Under the pieces are notes generated by a model. It was not told the DNA's origin. It worked only from the letters and a program-made list of their open reading frames with translations, and ran no database searches. From an uncultured Candidatus Saccharibacteria bacterium (lineage in GTDB: Bacteria > Patescibacteriota > Minisyncoccia > Phycocordibacterales > DATDWN01), in NCBI GenBank assembly GCA_964468795.1, contig CAYXWL010000002.1, forward strand, positions 5,459 through 69,458: 64,000 nucleotides of DNA, given 5' to 3'. This document shows positions 18,391-27,515 of this stretch, in pieces (position 1 is the first letter of the stretch; the number at the start of each line of letters is the position of its first letter). The translations under genes were made by a program, and so were the position numbers.

Positions 18391-19110
18391 CTAGTAATTA
18401 TCCTCCAATCTGCCTACTCCATAAGCCCTTATTTCGCCATCTACAACTTCGCCCGCCACAAATACTTTTTCCCCAATCTGCAAAAAATCTGTAGTGCTTG
18501 CATGGCTCGGAAAGATAACTTTTATCGTCCTCCCTCCATCATCTTCTCTTAACGAGTTTAGCCTGATCTCAAATGTATTGCCGTAAAGCGAAGTTATTTG
18601 GCCCTGAAACACCCCTCCACGGCCGTTTGAGCGCCTAATGCCCTGATACATCGCGCCCATAAGAGGTAGCTTATCCTGCTCAGCTCTCTTCATCATTGAT
18701 GCATGGAAAGAATCAAAGTTAATCAATGTTGCAAGAGTTGAAATTAAAATGAGAGTGCCAAAAAACAAATAAATTACAGGACTATGATAAGCAAATTTGA
18801 ATTTCTTTAAAAGAGAATCGAATATTAAAAGAAAAAATAGGTCAATAAGCAAAATTAGCCAAGGAAAAACTATAAAGAAATGGTAAAGGCCCCTTCCACC
18901 AAAGCCCAATAGATAGTAATAGCCACCAGTTTTAACAGAAAAAAGTATATAACTGACAAGCAGAACAGATAATATGAACACAAAGAATGCGAATATTCCA
19001 AGAAGAGCTATTTGCAAGGCAAAGTAGAACTTCGGGCGCATTCTTATCTCGCCTGCCTCTATTTTGCTTAGCACTTTTTCTCTGATGTCTTGCATGGTTT
19101 CTTCTTTCAT
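18391..19110 (-). CDS. Polytopic membrane protein, putative anti-sigma factor partner.
   Basis: It lies immediately downstream of the ECF sigma gene with a 1-nt gap. Confidence 0.45.
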   Translation of the reverse strand: MKEETMQDIREKVLSKIEAGEIRMRPKFYFALQIALLGIFAFFVFILSVLLVSYILFSVKTGGYYYLLGFGGRGLYHFFIVFPWLILLIDLFFLLIFDSLLKKFKFAYHSPVIYLFFGTLILISTLATLINFDSFHASMMKRAEQDKLPLMGAMYQGIRRSNGRGGVFQGQITSLYGNTFEIRLNSLREDDGGRTIKVIFPSHASTTDFLQIGEKVFVAGEVVDGEIRAYGVGRLEDNY

Positions 19111-19111
19111 T

Positions 19112-19690
19112 TTATTTTTCTATATTCAATTTATCGTATTCCTGCTTCATCATTTCCTTGGCCCTCATTATTCTAACCCCAACAGTACCTATTGGTATCT
19201 GCAGAATTTCAGCGATTTCCTTATAGCTGAATTCCTCAATATAATATAGAACTAAAATTTCTCTGTACTTCGGATCAATTTTTGACAGAACCTTGTCTAC
19301 AACTTCTTTGACTTCTTTTTGCTCCCTCTCTCTGACGATGGGATCATCGTTTTCTGTCACCGTATGCGACAAGATAGTATCGAAATCGAACAAGTAAAGA
19401 GGGCTTAGAGCGTTCTTTTTTAGAGCATTAACATATGTGTTGTGCGCAATCCTATAAATCCAAGGAGAAAATCTTTGCGATGTGTTAAAGCTTTGTATGT
19501 TTTTGTACGTTTTTATGAAAACATCTTGCACAACATCCTCGATATTGTCCTTGTCGGAAAGAAATTTCCTGCCATATCGAAAAAGCTTTGGCTGATATCT
19601 TTCCATAAGAACGCCGAATTTTTCAGTATCCCCCTTTTGCACCATCTCTGCTAATTTTTCGTCAGAGAGATCTGACTCGCTATTGCTCAT
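19112..19690 (-). CDS. ECF-type sigma-70 family sigma factor (second copy).
   Basis: Regions 2 and 4 are present (EILVLYYIEEFSYKEIAEIL). Confidence 0.85.
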   Translation of the reverse strand: MSNSESDLSDEKLAEMVQKGDTEKFGVLMERYQPKLFRYGRKFLSDKDNIEDVVQDVFIKTYKNIQSFNTSQRFSPWIYRIAHNTYVNALKKNALSPLYLFDFDTILSHTVTENDDPIVREREQKEVKEVVDKVLSKIDPKYREILVLYYIEEFSYKEIAEILQIPIGTVGVRIMRAKEMMKQEYDKLNIEK

Positions 19691-19738
19691 CTCTCTACTA
19701 TACTACTACTACAAAAAAGCACCATTAAATATTCCAGA

Positions 19739-20206
19739 CTAGTTCATCTTTTCTACATGGAAAGTAACAACATAATCTTTCTGAGGAATCTCTCCGGCCT
19801 CTGAATGCTTTGCAGGCTTTACATCCTTGATCAAAATAGAGTATCCCTGAAATTCATAGGCAGTATAATCAGACACCATCTCCCTGTTTTCTTTAACTTT
19901 ATCTATTTCAAGCGCCACATTCAGCTTCACATTTCCTGCCTGGATGCACTCCACATCCGCAGGACACCTGCTGTCTTGACTTACCGATACAAATGCAACT
20001 TTTAAGTCTCCTGATACGGCCTTGTCTCCAACTTTCAGGACCAAATCTCTCGGCTTAGATGGAACGTATGGGCTTTCAACAACCTTGATATCTTTTATTT
20101 TTTGGAATTCTTTTCCAAAATAAAAAGCTGCTGCAAAAGTAAGTACAAATAAAATTACTGCCAAAAGCTTTGAATACCACGTTACCTTGTTCCATTCTAT
20201 AGTCAT
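19739..20206 (-). CDS. Membrane-anchored hypothetical protein.
   Basis: TM anchor. No family recognised. Confidence 0.4.
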   Translation of the reverse strand: MTIEWNKVTWYSKLLAVILFVLTFAAAFYFGKEFQKIKDIKVVESPYVPSKPRDLVLKVGDKAVSGDLKVAFVSVSQDSRCPADVECIQAGNVKLNVALEIDKVKENREMVSDYTAYEFQGYSILIKDVKPAKHSEAGEIPQKDYVVTFHVEKMN

Positions 20207-20264
20207 GATTTTAAATATAATAATAGCAAACTGTTAATGCTGGCTATTATTATATAAAATTTTT

Positions 20265-20885
20265 TTAAAATCCTAAATCTTCATTTACAAACACAATCAC
20301 GAACTCGCGACCCATCATTTTATTCTCTTTCTTTAAAATGAGAAGCTTGGAATACATGGTGCCGGGATACCCTACGCTTTTCATTCTCTGATCTTCAAGA
20401 GGTACCACGTATTCATCAATCCTCTTCATGGCCTCATCTAAATTTTTTGCAATTTTTTTAGTGCTTACTACTAGAATTATATGAGTAGAGGTGAAGGCTA
20501 GGTGCGGAAGCTGGCTACCTGTGTTTGAAGCCACTAGAACTTCGCCAGTTTCTGTAACTGCGTGTGCGGATCCTAGATAGTAATCCGAAAGCACAGATTC
20601 CTTTCTCAGCTTATTCTGCTTTTCCTTATCCTGTTCGGCTAAAATATTCGCATGGAGATTGTTCCATCCATGGTCGCCAGATTTTAAGTACTCTAAAAAA
20701 CCAATCTGATTGAGCGTGGTCGAGGCTCCGTTCATGACAGAGGAACCTTTTGGAATAAGACTCTTTATGGCTTCCATGGCTTCCTCCTTTGTCTCGACAG
20801 TCCTCACTATAAAACCGTTATCCTCTAAATTTTTAGTTGCAGTTAAGACAGAATCTGAACTGGCTAATTCAGCAAAATTTTTCAT
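20265..20885 (-). CDS. LUD domain (LutC/YkgG-like, DUF162) protein.
   Basis: GAS.T...G.L and E.G.V.V.S motifs typical of LUD domains. Confidence 0.55.
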   Translation of the reverse strand: MKNFAELASSDSVLTATKNLEDNGFIVRTVETKEEAMEAIKSLIPKGSSVMNGASTTLNQIGFLEYLKSGDHGWNNLHANILAEQDKEKQNKLRKESVLSDYYLGSAHAVTETGEVLVASNTGSQLPHLAFTSTHIILVVSTKKIAKNLDEAMKRIDEYVVPLEDQRMKSVGYPGTMYSKLLILKKENKMMGREFVIVFVNEDLGF

Positions 20886-20937
20886 GATGAATATAGATTA
20901 AAGTGAATAATTGCTATAATTTTAATTTTGAAATATA

Positions 20938-22215
20938 TTAATGCAACGCCTGAACCCCAATATCTCCTCCCGCTTTTCTACCTCTATGACCTTTTGCAAA
21001 GAGTATAAAGACTATTCCCGAAAGGATTATGATGCCTCCAGAAATAGCCAGTGGTGCATAGTATGCAATCGAAGCGGCAATATAACCTGATAAGACCGGA
21101 GGTACGGACTGAGCCAAGGCTTGGACCGATGCATTGATTCCAAGTATCTCTCCTTGGATTTCAGGCCCAACTGATCTGCTGATCAGGCTTCCGATATTAG
21201 CTTGCGACAATCCCATGCATATTGAGAAAAACGGCGTGATGAGAAGAAGCTGCCACCAGACGGTAGGCAAAAATTGGCAAAGAATAAAAATACCCGTTCC
21301 AATTAGAGAATAATCCAATATTTTTCTTTCATTCCAAATTCCGCTGATTCTCCTTACTATAACTGCCTGAGAAATGGCTATCCAAATTCCGACATAGGCA
21401 AAGTAATCCCCGATATTCCCTTGGGTAAAATGAAAACGGGTTAGAAGAAACACGGCGGAAAAAGTGGTAAAGAAGGTAAAGCCACCTTGAAACAAAAAGT
21501 TGGTTAAAAAGTATGGCACCATGCCTTTTATTCGCAAAGCTTTTCCGATATTTTGAAAAGACTTAAACAGATGAAGCTTGACTTCCTTCCCTTTTGTCTT
21601 AAGTGTTTCCGGAAGCAAAAATATTACTGAAAGAACATTTAACAAGCATAAAATTGCTGCAAACCAAAATGGCGTTGCGGCATTAAACCAAGACAGCACA
21701 CTTGGGTCAGACAACTTTCCACCCAGATAAGGGCCCAATATAAAGCCTATTCCAAATGCCGCACCCATGAGCCCGAAATTCTTTGCTCGATTTTCAGGAG
21801 TAGAAACGTCAGCAATGGCAGCTTGCGCCACTGCGATATTTCCGCCCGTAATTCCATCAAAAGCACGGGATACAAAAAGCAATAACAAGCTTTGTGAATG
21901 GACGCCAATTGCAAACATTACATATGACAGGCAAGTGCCGAAAAGTGAAATAGCCAGCACGGGTTTCCTGCCAAACCTGTCCGACAACTCTCCCAAAATA
22001 GGAGTGGCAAGAAATTGCATAAAAGGAAATATTGCTGTTAAAAAGCCTAGCAATATATAACCTTGACTCACACTGAAACCTTTTGGCAAAAGGTAAAAAG
22101 GAGAGGATGGATTGGCCAGAAGCTGTGGTATGACAGGTATAAGTATACCTATTCCCAGCAAGTCAATAAACACTGTCGCGAGTACGGAAATTAAAACTCT
22201 GTTATTTTTTGGCAT
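20938..22215 (-). CDS. MFS transporter (DHA1/TetA-like).
   Basis: Twelve TM segments. MFS motif A reads GELSDRFGRKPVL. Confidence 0.85.
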   Translation of the reverse strand: MPKNNRVLISVLATVFIDLLGIGILIPVIPQLLANPSSPFYLLPKGFSVSQGYILLGFLTAIFPFMQFLATPILGELSDRFGRKPVLAISLFGTCLSYVMFAIGVHSQSLLLLFVSRAFDGITGGNIAVAQAAIADVSTPENRAKNFGLMGAAFGIGFILGPYLGGKLSDPSVLSWFNAATPFWFAAILCLLNVLSVIFLLPETLKTKGKEVKLHLFKSFQNIGKALRIKGMVPYFLTNFLFQGGFTFFTTFSAVFLLTRFHFTQGNIGDYFAYVGIWIAISQAVIVRRISGIWNERKILDYSLIGTGIFILCQFLPTVWWQLLLITPFFSICMGLSQANIGSLISRSVGPEIQGEILGINASVQALAQSVPPVLSGYIAASIAYYAPLAISGGIIILSGIVFILFAKGHRGRKAGGDIGVQALH

Positions 22216-22260
22216 TGTGATATTATATCAGAAAGTTATGAAAAGGAGATAAACGAAAAC

Positions 22261-22890
22261 TTAAAACATGACAAGACTATTGAGCAGATTTTGGAAATCA
22301 TTGCGTATCGGTTCGTTTGGAGAATCATACTCAACTGCAAATATATAGATTTTGTAATTATTATTCAGAACCACCACTTCATTCTGGTACAGACCGCTGG
22401 CACTGTATCTTACGCCACTTACTCCGCCGAAAGAGACACTCTCAGGCCTTATTCCGCTCGGCCTGTAATTTGCAACTGCGCTGTTATTATTTATCCATTC
22501 TTGAGCAGAAAGATTCTTGGCGTTTTTGAATATTCTTATGCTGATTGACCGAGGCAGTTCCCTAGGTACAGAACTTTTTTTATATTCCTCATATTCATTT
22601 TTGTAGAACAAAGATATGGATTTTTCAATATCCTTATTCGAATCAAGCGCTGAGGGTGTCTGCTCGATGAGTGCATAACCTTCTGGATCAATCTTATATG
22701 AAAAGCTTATACCAAAATCTTCATTCCAGTATTTTTGAAATGTTGACCCATTGCTTTTATAAATCTGACTGCCTCCTGTCTCGTATTGGTTTCCGCTCAA
22801 TGCTTTGTTCTCTTTATATTTATAAAAGCTACCAATCAGGATTAGTGACAGCACGATGAGACCCAGTATGTATGCAAGATATTTTTTCAT
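22261..22890 (-). CDS. Secreted/lipoprotein-like hypothetical protein.
   Basis: Signal anchor. Confidence 0.4.
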   Translation of the reverse strand: MKKYLAYILGLIVLSLILIGSFYKYKENKALSGNQYETGGSQIYKSNGSTFQKYWNEDFGISFSYKIDPEGYALIEQTPSALDSNKDIEKSISLFYKNEYEEYKKSSVPRELPRSISIRIFKNAKNLSAQEWINNNSAVANYRPSGIRPESVSFGGVSGVRYSASGLYQNEVVVLNNNYKIYIFAVEYDSPNEPIRNDFQNLLNSLVMF

Positions 22891-22934
22891 GTTTTTTGTT
22901 TAACCTAATAATGTCTAAAAATAATGATTTATAA

Positions 22935-23378
22935 ATGAAGATATTATATAATTTTTATATGAGCAGAACAGAGCCAGTAATCAAAGATGCATTCTGGAGA
23001 TACATGACCAATCTTTGGTGCCTTATTGCATACATAGCAATTATATATGATTTTATTTACGATCACGCTCTTGGCCAGTTCCTTGCCTCTATTTTGGTAA
23101 TCTACGTATCCTTGCTTGTCATTTTCGTCGGCGTTAAGGAATTTGAAAGGTGGTATGAAATAAGAAGTGGCAGGCATCCGGGAGAAATATTCGTATTTGG
23201 ATGGACAGCTCTTATGGTTGGATTGGTAATGGCAAAATTTATTTTTCACAAGACTTCTCCCATTCCCGAAGAAGTCCTCTCGACATACATCGCAGTGCTC
23301 AGCATTATGGCCATTAGCCAAAAGTCTAAGAAACTCAAAGCCCAAAAGAAAAAGATTGGAAAGGAAAAAACTATTTGA
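22935..23378 (+). CDS. Small polytopic membrane protein (hypothetical).
   Basis: Three or four hydrophobic segments and a K-rich tail. Confidence 0.4.
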   Translation: MKILYNFYMSRTEPVIKDAFWRYMTNLWCLIAYIAIIYDFIYDHALGQFLASILVIYVSLLVIFVGVKEFERWYEIRSGRHPGEIFVFGWTALMVGLVMAKFIFHKTSPIPEEVLSTYIAVLSIMAISQKSKKLKAQKKKIGKEKTI

Positions 23379-24663
23379 TAGGAGGCTTGCTAGCAGTATT
23401 TTTCAAAGCCTCTATTATGGAAGCGCTCCTGAAATGCTTCGACAATTGGCTTTTCCAGCTTGCCTTGCTTGTGTCCACATCAGGATCAACACCTCTGCCT
23501 TCGATAGGCAGGTTGTCATCCCTCAAGGTTATGCTGTTTACCAGAAGCAAAGAATATTTTGTAGATGTAGATATTTCTGTTGTAATCGGATAAGTATTTT
23601 CTACAGTTCCCCATCCTCTTGTATGAGTTCCTATGATTTTGCCCAAATGTAGCCTTTTAAATGTAGATGATATGACTTCAGCAGTTGATTGACTCATTCC
23701 ATCTGTGATTATTGCCACATCTCCATACCTCACAAGGTCTGCATACTTTGGCTGGACTGTTCTCTGAACATCAAATTTCCCTTGATGGAACAAGTCGAAA
23801 GCGTATTGGTTCTGTCCTGTAAAGAGGCCGACAAAATTCTGCACAAAGTCCAAAGCTCCCCCGACATTTCCCCTCATATCAAGTACCAAGCTATCCAAGT
23901 TTTTTGTTGTGGAAGCATTGTCAATTGCTTTTGCAAATTCATAAAAAGTTGTGGGTGATATCTTGCTTATGTACAAATACAAAGTGTTGCCTATTTTTGA
24001 TGTAAAAATAGTTGGCTCGATTTGATTCTGATCATACAATGTCTTACTGTCAGGATTTGTTAAGACTTTTTTGGCATAGGCGATCTGATCTTTTATTGCC
24101 TCCTTGTCAGTAGATGTTGAACTGTTAATCTCCTCTTGTTTTTTCTTATATGCATTTATAACTTGATCTATATTTGCTCCTTTTTCTATGCCGAGCGTCT
24201 GATAAAGATCTTTGGATGGATTAATATTGCTTACATTCTGTCTCAGATCCTTTTCTTGCTGAGTTGAAAGTATTCCATTCCTTCCAACCGGCTGAAGGTT
24301 GTAAAGGACCACCATTATAGTGTTTAGAGCCAAGTTCTTTTTTGCTTCGGTGGTCGTGGCCAGTTTCATTTCAGAAGCTATCATCTGAGACACCGCTTCT
24401 CTTGTGGATGTCGCCAGCGTCTGAGTCCTGCCTGAAACTTTTTCGAGCGATAGTTTGAAATAATTGTTCAGGTTGTATGAATTCGGGCTGTCAAAATAAT
24501 TGTCGCTAATAAGATCGTATGCTTCCATGCTAAACCTGACATAAACATCTCTCTCTGATTCCGTCTTGTACTTTATTTGCTCTTTTCTAGAGGATGAATA
24601 TGCAAAATAGCCAGCAGTCGCAATAGCAATGATTATAAAAGCTGAAACTAATTTCTTTTGCAT
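23371..24663 (-). CDS. Carboxyl-terminal processing (S41 family) peptidase.
   Basis: LVLDMRGNVGGAL and DGMSQSTAEV...GTHTRGWG S41 motifs. Confidence 0.75.
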   Translation of the reverse strand: MQKKLVSAFIIIAIATAGYFAYSSSRKEQIKYKTESERDVYVRFSMEAYDLISDNYFDSPNSYNLNNYFKLSLEKVSGRTQTLATSTREAVSQMIASEMKLATTTEAKKNLALNTIMVVLYNLQPVGRNGILSTQQEKDLRQNVSNINPSKDLYQTLGIEKGANIDQVINAYKKKQEEINSSTSTDKEAIKDQIAYAKKVLTNPDSKTLYDQNQIEPTIFTSKIGNTLYLYISKISPTTFYEFAKAIDNASTTKNLDSLVLDMRGNVGGALDFVQNFVGLFTGQNQYAFDLFHQGKFDVQRTVQPKYADLVRYGDVAIITDGMSQSTAEVISSTFKRLHLGKIIGTHTRGWGTVENTYPITTEISTSTKYSLLLVNSITLRDDNLPIEGRGVDPDVDTSKASWKSQLSKHFRSASIIEALKNTASKPPIK

Positions 24664-24665
24664 CT

Positions 24666-25232
24666 TTACTTTCCTATTTTTCCAGTGAAAATACTAAATT
24701 TCAAATTGCATGGGCAAGTTTTCGGAGTATTTTGCGCTTTGTTAACAGCCTCAGAAACATAATTGAATATTATATAATCATCACCCTTGTAATATGCCCA
24801 CTCGGAACCGCCGGGACCATCTGCCGAAAAGCTAACTTTTTGCAACCACCCCGAATTATTAAGTTTTTCAAAATAATATTCCTGAAAAGGCTTAACGGTC
24901 TTTGATATGTCAGTAATATTCTTTATCTCTTCGGAAACAACTTGAGAGCCAATAAGTCTCTGATCTTTTAAAGTTATGGTACTACTAGATTCCTTGCCCC
25001 ATGTTATCTGTGGGTACAATGGGTAAATGACAGAGTTTAGCAAGCCTTTAAATTCCGGACATTTTGCAAAACTGCATGCAGGTGCAACTCTGCTGACATA
25101 TGAACCGTCTGGACAAATTTGAGCGTCCTGAGCGCAGAAAACTGCCTCCTGCTTAGGGTTAAAATTTTTATATGCAACTACCGCAATAAGAACTATTGAG
25201 ATGACTATTAGAGCTAAGCCTGTTTTGTTCAT
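24666..25232 (-). CDS. Secreted hypothetical protein.
   Basis: Signal peptide. Confidence 0.4.
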   Translation of the reverse strand: MNKTGLALIVISIVLIAVVAYKNFNPKQEAVFCAQDAQICPDGSYVSRVAPACSFAKCPEFKGLLNSVIYPLYPQITWGKESSSTITLKDQRLIGSQVVSEEIKNITDISKTVKPFQEYYFEKLNNSGWLQKVSFSADGPGGSEWAYYKGDDYIIFNYVSEAVNKAQNTPKTCPCNLKFSIFTGKIGK

Positions 25233-25320
25233 ATAAGCGAAGTTAATTAGTAATTTACCTCGCCTATATTATAGCACTAAGAGATGCAAGACCAAGCAAT
25301 TACGGCATTTGATAATATGA

Positions 25321-25480
25321 CTGTTCTTTGCAGTTAACTTCCTTACACGAAATCTGGCTTTGTTCCTAATCTGGCTTTGGTATTCCGGCTTGGAACAAAG
25401 CCAGATTTCTGTTCTTTGCAGTTAACTTCCTTACACGAAATCTGGCTTTGTTCCAAGCCGGAATACCAAAGCCAGATTAG
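25321..25480. repeat. Composite repeat element: a 46-nt perfect direct repeat ×2 (25321-25366, 25409-25454) interleaved with inverted repeats. The 12-mer core AATCTGGCTTTG occurs 5× in F,F,R,F,R orientation.
   Basis: Located by direct reading of the sequence. The element overlaps the 3' part of the listed ORFs 25343..25564(-) and 25377..25577(+). Confidence 0.8.
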
Positions 25481-25564
25481 GTCGAATATGATTAAAAGCA
25501 ATATGCCTCCAATTAGAGCAGATGGAATATTCTTATCTTTTGATAATTTTTCCATCATGCACAT
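25343..25564 (-). CDS. Small membrane protein ORF. The N-terminal ~35 aa look genuine, but the 3' half is encoded by the repeat element and may be an artefact or an insertion.
   Basis: MEKLSKDKNIPSALIGGILLLIIFDLIWLWY followed by repeat-encoded residues. Confidence 0.25.
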   Translation of the reverse strand: MCMMEKLSKDKNIPSALIGGILLLIIFDLIWLWYSGLEQSQISCKEVNCKEQKSGFVPSRNTKARLGTKPDFV

Positions 25565-25569
25565 GCATA

Positions 25570-25722
25570 TTATTTAATAGGATTTGTTCCTTGAATAATC
25601 CGGATCAAGAACATAATAATTGCCGCCACCAGTAGCAAATGGATAAACCATCCGATGCTATAAACGCCTACAACACCTAGAAGCCAAAGAATCAATAATA
25701 TTACAGCGATTGTTACTAACAT
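25570..25722 (-). CDS. lmo0937-family-like small membrane protein (~50 aa). It is not in the ORF track because it is under 60 aa.
   Basis: Translation MLVTIAVILLILWLLGVVGVYSIGWFIHLLLVVAAIIMFLIRIIQGTNPIK. Confidence 0.45.
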   Translation of the reverse strand: MLVTIAVILLILWLLGVVGVYSIGWFIHLLLVAAIIMFLIRIIQGTNPIK

Positions 25723-25736
25723 ATATTTTTATTTAA

Positions 25737-25907
25737 TTAATTATTTTTTCGGCGCTTTTTTGAAGCACCAGCTTCTGATAATCCGATAGCGATTGCTTGT
25801 TTGCGAGATGTGACTTTGTTGTTGCCCTTGCCGCTTTTGAGCTTTCCTTCCTTAAACTCGTGCATTACTTTTTTAACTTTCTTCTGCACATTAGTTTTTT
25901 GAGCCAT
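25737..25907 (-). CDS. Small basic hypothetical protein (~56 aa), also absent from the ORF track.
   Basis: Translation MAQKTNVQKKVKKVMHEFKEGKLKSGKGNNKVTSRKQAIAIGLSEAGASKKRRKNN. Confidence 0.4.
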   Translation of the reverse strand: MAQKTNVQKKVKKVMHEFKEGKLKSGKGNNKVTSRKQAIAIGLSEAGASKKRRKNN

Positions 25908-25912
25908 GGCTA

Positions 25913-26443
25913 TTAAGTTATATTATATGTGCTTACCTCAGATGCACCGCAATCTTCCATGACTCTAGCAACCTCCTTGTCTATATCTTCTTCAGTATCG
26001 ACCGATACGAGGATGTCTCCGGATGAGATGCGCGTAGAATAATATTCTGCCCTTTCCTTTCCTACACCCATATCAACAAGAGCTCCTATAATGCCTCCAG
26101 CGGCAGCCCCCGTCACTGCTCCTGCAGCAGTTGTGCCTACAGCTGTTGTTATGCCCAAAGCGCTAGCAAGAGGTCCCGCAACCACTAATGGTCCGACAAC
26201 GGGGATTATTCCTGCAACAGCAGCAATACCAGCCAGTGCGCCAATAGCCGCTCCAGCTTTAGCCCCAGTTTTTGCTCGTGATGCGTCCTCAGCATCTGCC
26301 GGACTCTCTACAACCTCTTCTTTGTTGTTTTTATACAAATATGAAATGCTGCCCGAATCAACATCTAAGTCGTCTTGCAATTGACTTATAGCTTCTTCGG
26401 CGTCATTTCGATCGCTGAACAAACCCATGGTTATTTTTCTCAT
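25913..26443 (-). CDS. General stress protein 17M-like (YflT-type N-terminal domain) with a Gly/Ala-rich glycine-zipper middle region.
   Basis: N-terminus MGLFSDRNDAEEAISQLQDDL, then a GxxxG-rich segment. Confidence 0.55.
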   Translation of the reverse strand: MRKITMGLFSDRNDAEEAISQLQDDLDVDSGSISYLYKNNKEEVVESPADAEDASRAKTGAKAGAAIGALAGIAAVAGIIPVVGPLVVAGPLASALGITTAVGTTAAGAVTGAAAGGIIGALVDMGVGKERAEYYSTRISSGDILVSVDTEEDIDKEVARVMEDCGASEVSTYNIT

Positions 26444-26517
26444 AATTAATTGTTATTATTATTCCTTGCTAACACAAAAATTATCCCATGTGCTGTATGT
26501 ACAATCAGTGAAGAAAG

Positions 26518-26545
26518 CAAAAAAACGCCTAAGTGGCGTTTTGTT
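26518..26545. terminator. Hairpin terminator downstream of the SWIB gene.
   Basis: aaaaaacgcc-taagt-ggcgtttt. Confidence 0.6.
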
Positions 26546-26573
26546 GCTAAAAAATATTCTTTAAATAGGGAAC

Positions 26574-26828
26574 TTAAGATAGGTGCTTTGAAACAAGCTT
26601 TGTCATCTCGAACATGCTAACTGTTGCCTTTCCGCCGAAAACTTTCTTTAGATTTGCATCAGCATTTATGTTTCTCTTGTTCTTTTCGTCCTGTAGTCCG
26701 TTCTTCTTGATATAAGCCCAGATCTTCTTTACGACTTCTGATCGAGGCATAGGACCCTTTCCAACAACTGCAGCCAAGTCTTCGCTTACATTCATTGGCT
26801 TCATAAACGCTGAATTACTTTTTGCCAT
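26574..26828 (-). CDS. SWIB/MDM2 domain protein.
   Basis: LAAVVGKGPMPRSEVVKKIWAYIKKNGLQDEKNKRNINAD...MFEMTKLVSKHL. Confidence 0.8.
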   Translation of the reverse strand: MAKSNSAFMKPMNVSEDLAAVVGKGPMPRSEVVKKIWAYIKKNGLQDEKNKRNINADANLKKVFGGKATVSMFEMTKLVSKHLS

Positions 26829-26939
26829 AATTAATTTTTATTATTTATAAATACGTCGGCTATAAACTGACTTTTCTATTATACAATATAGTCTTTTATA
26901 AAGCTAGTGTTTCTAGAGGGAAAAAGATATAATTGTCCT

Positions 26940-27515
26940 ATGACATGGTATGAAAAATTATCTTGGAAGCATTATTTATTAATTGGTATTGGAATTATTA
27001 TTCTTCAAATCGGGGTACTTTCTTGGCAGGGACATATACCTATTTGCTCCTGCGGGCATGTGAGACTGTGGTACGGCGCATTGAACAGCCCCGAGGATTC
27101 TCAGCAGATATCAGATTGGTATACTTTTTCCCATATTATCCATGGCTTTTTATTTTTCTGGCTCCTTGGTCTTGCAACAAAGAAAAAATGGCCGTGGGAG
27201 TTATATCTTGTTTTAGCAATAGCAATAGAAGTCGGATGGGAAATTCTAGAAAATAGCCCTCTGATAATAAACAGGTACAGAGAAACTGCCTCCCTTATGT
27301 ACTATGGAGACAGCATTTTGAATTCTGTATCGGACGTCGTGGCTATGATTCTAGGATTTATTCTTGCAAGCAGACTTAGGGTTTGGATTTCAGTGGCACT
27401 TGTGATAAGCATGGAGCTTTTTACCTTAGACATGATCCGCGATAATCTGACTTTGAACATCCTCATGCTCATTCAGCCATTTGAAGTTATAAAAAACTGG
27501 CAATTAGGCATTTAA
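26940..27515 (+). CDS. DUF2585/UPF0314-like membrane protein.
   Basis: Four TM segments with family-like W/H-rich motifs. The ORF is listed from 26907; the start was chosen at MTWYEKL. Confidence 0.5.
   Translation: MTWYEKLSWKHYLLIGIGIIILQIGVLSWQGHIPICSCGHVRLWYGALNSPEDSQQISDWYTFSHIIHGFLFFWLLGLATKKKWPWELYLVLAIAIEVGWEILENSPLIINRYRETASLMYYGDSILNSVSDVVAMILGFILASRLRVWISVALVISMELFTLDMIRDNLTLNILMLIQPFEVIKNWQLGI

Noticed and set aside
26091-26384. 97-aa Ala/Pro-rich plus-strand ORF.
   Set aside because: It is a mirror-image artefact of the Gly/Ala-rich glycine-zipper segment of the YflT-like gene on the other strand.
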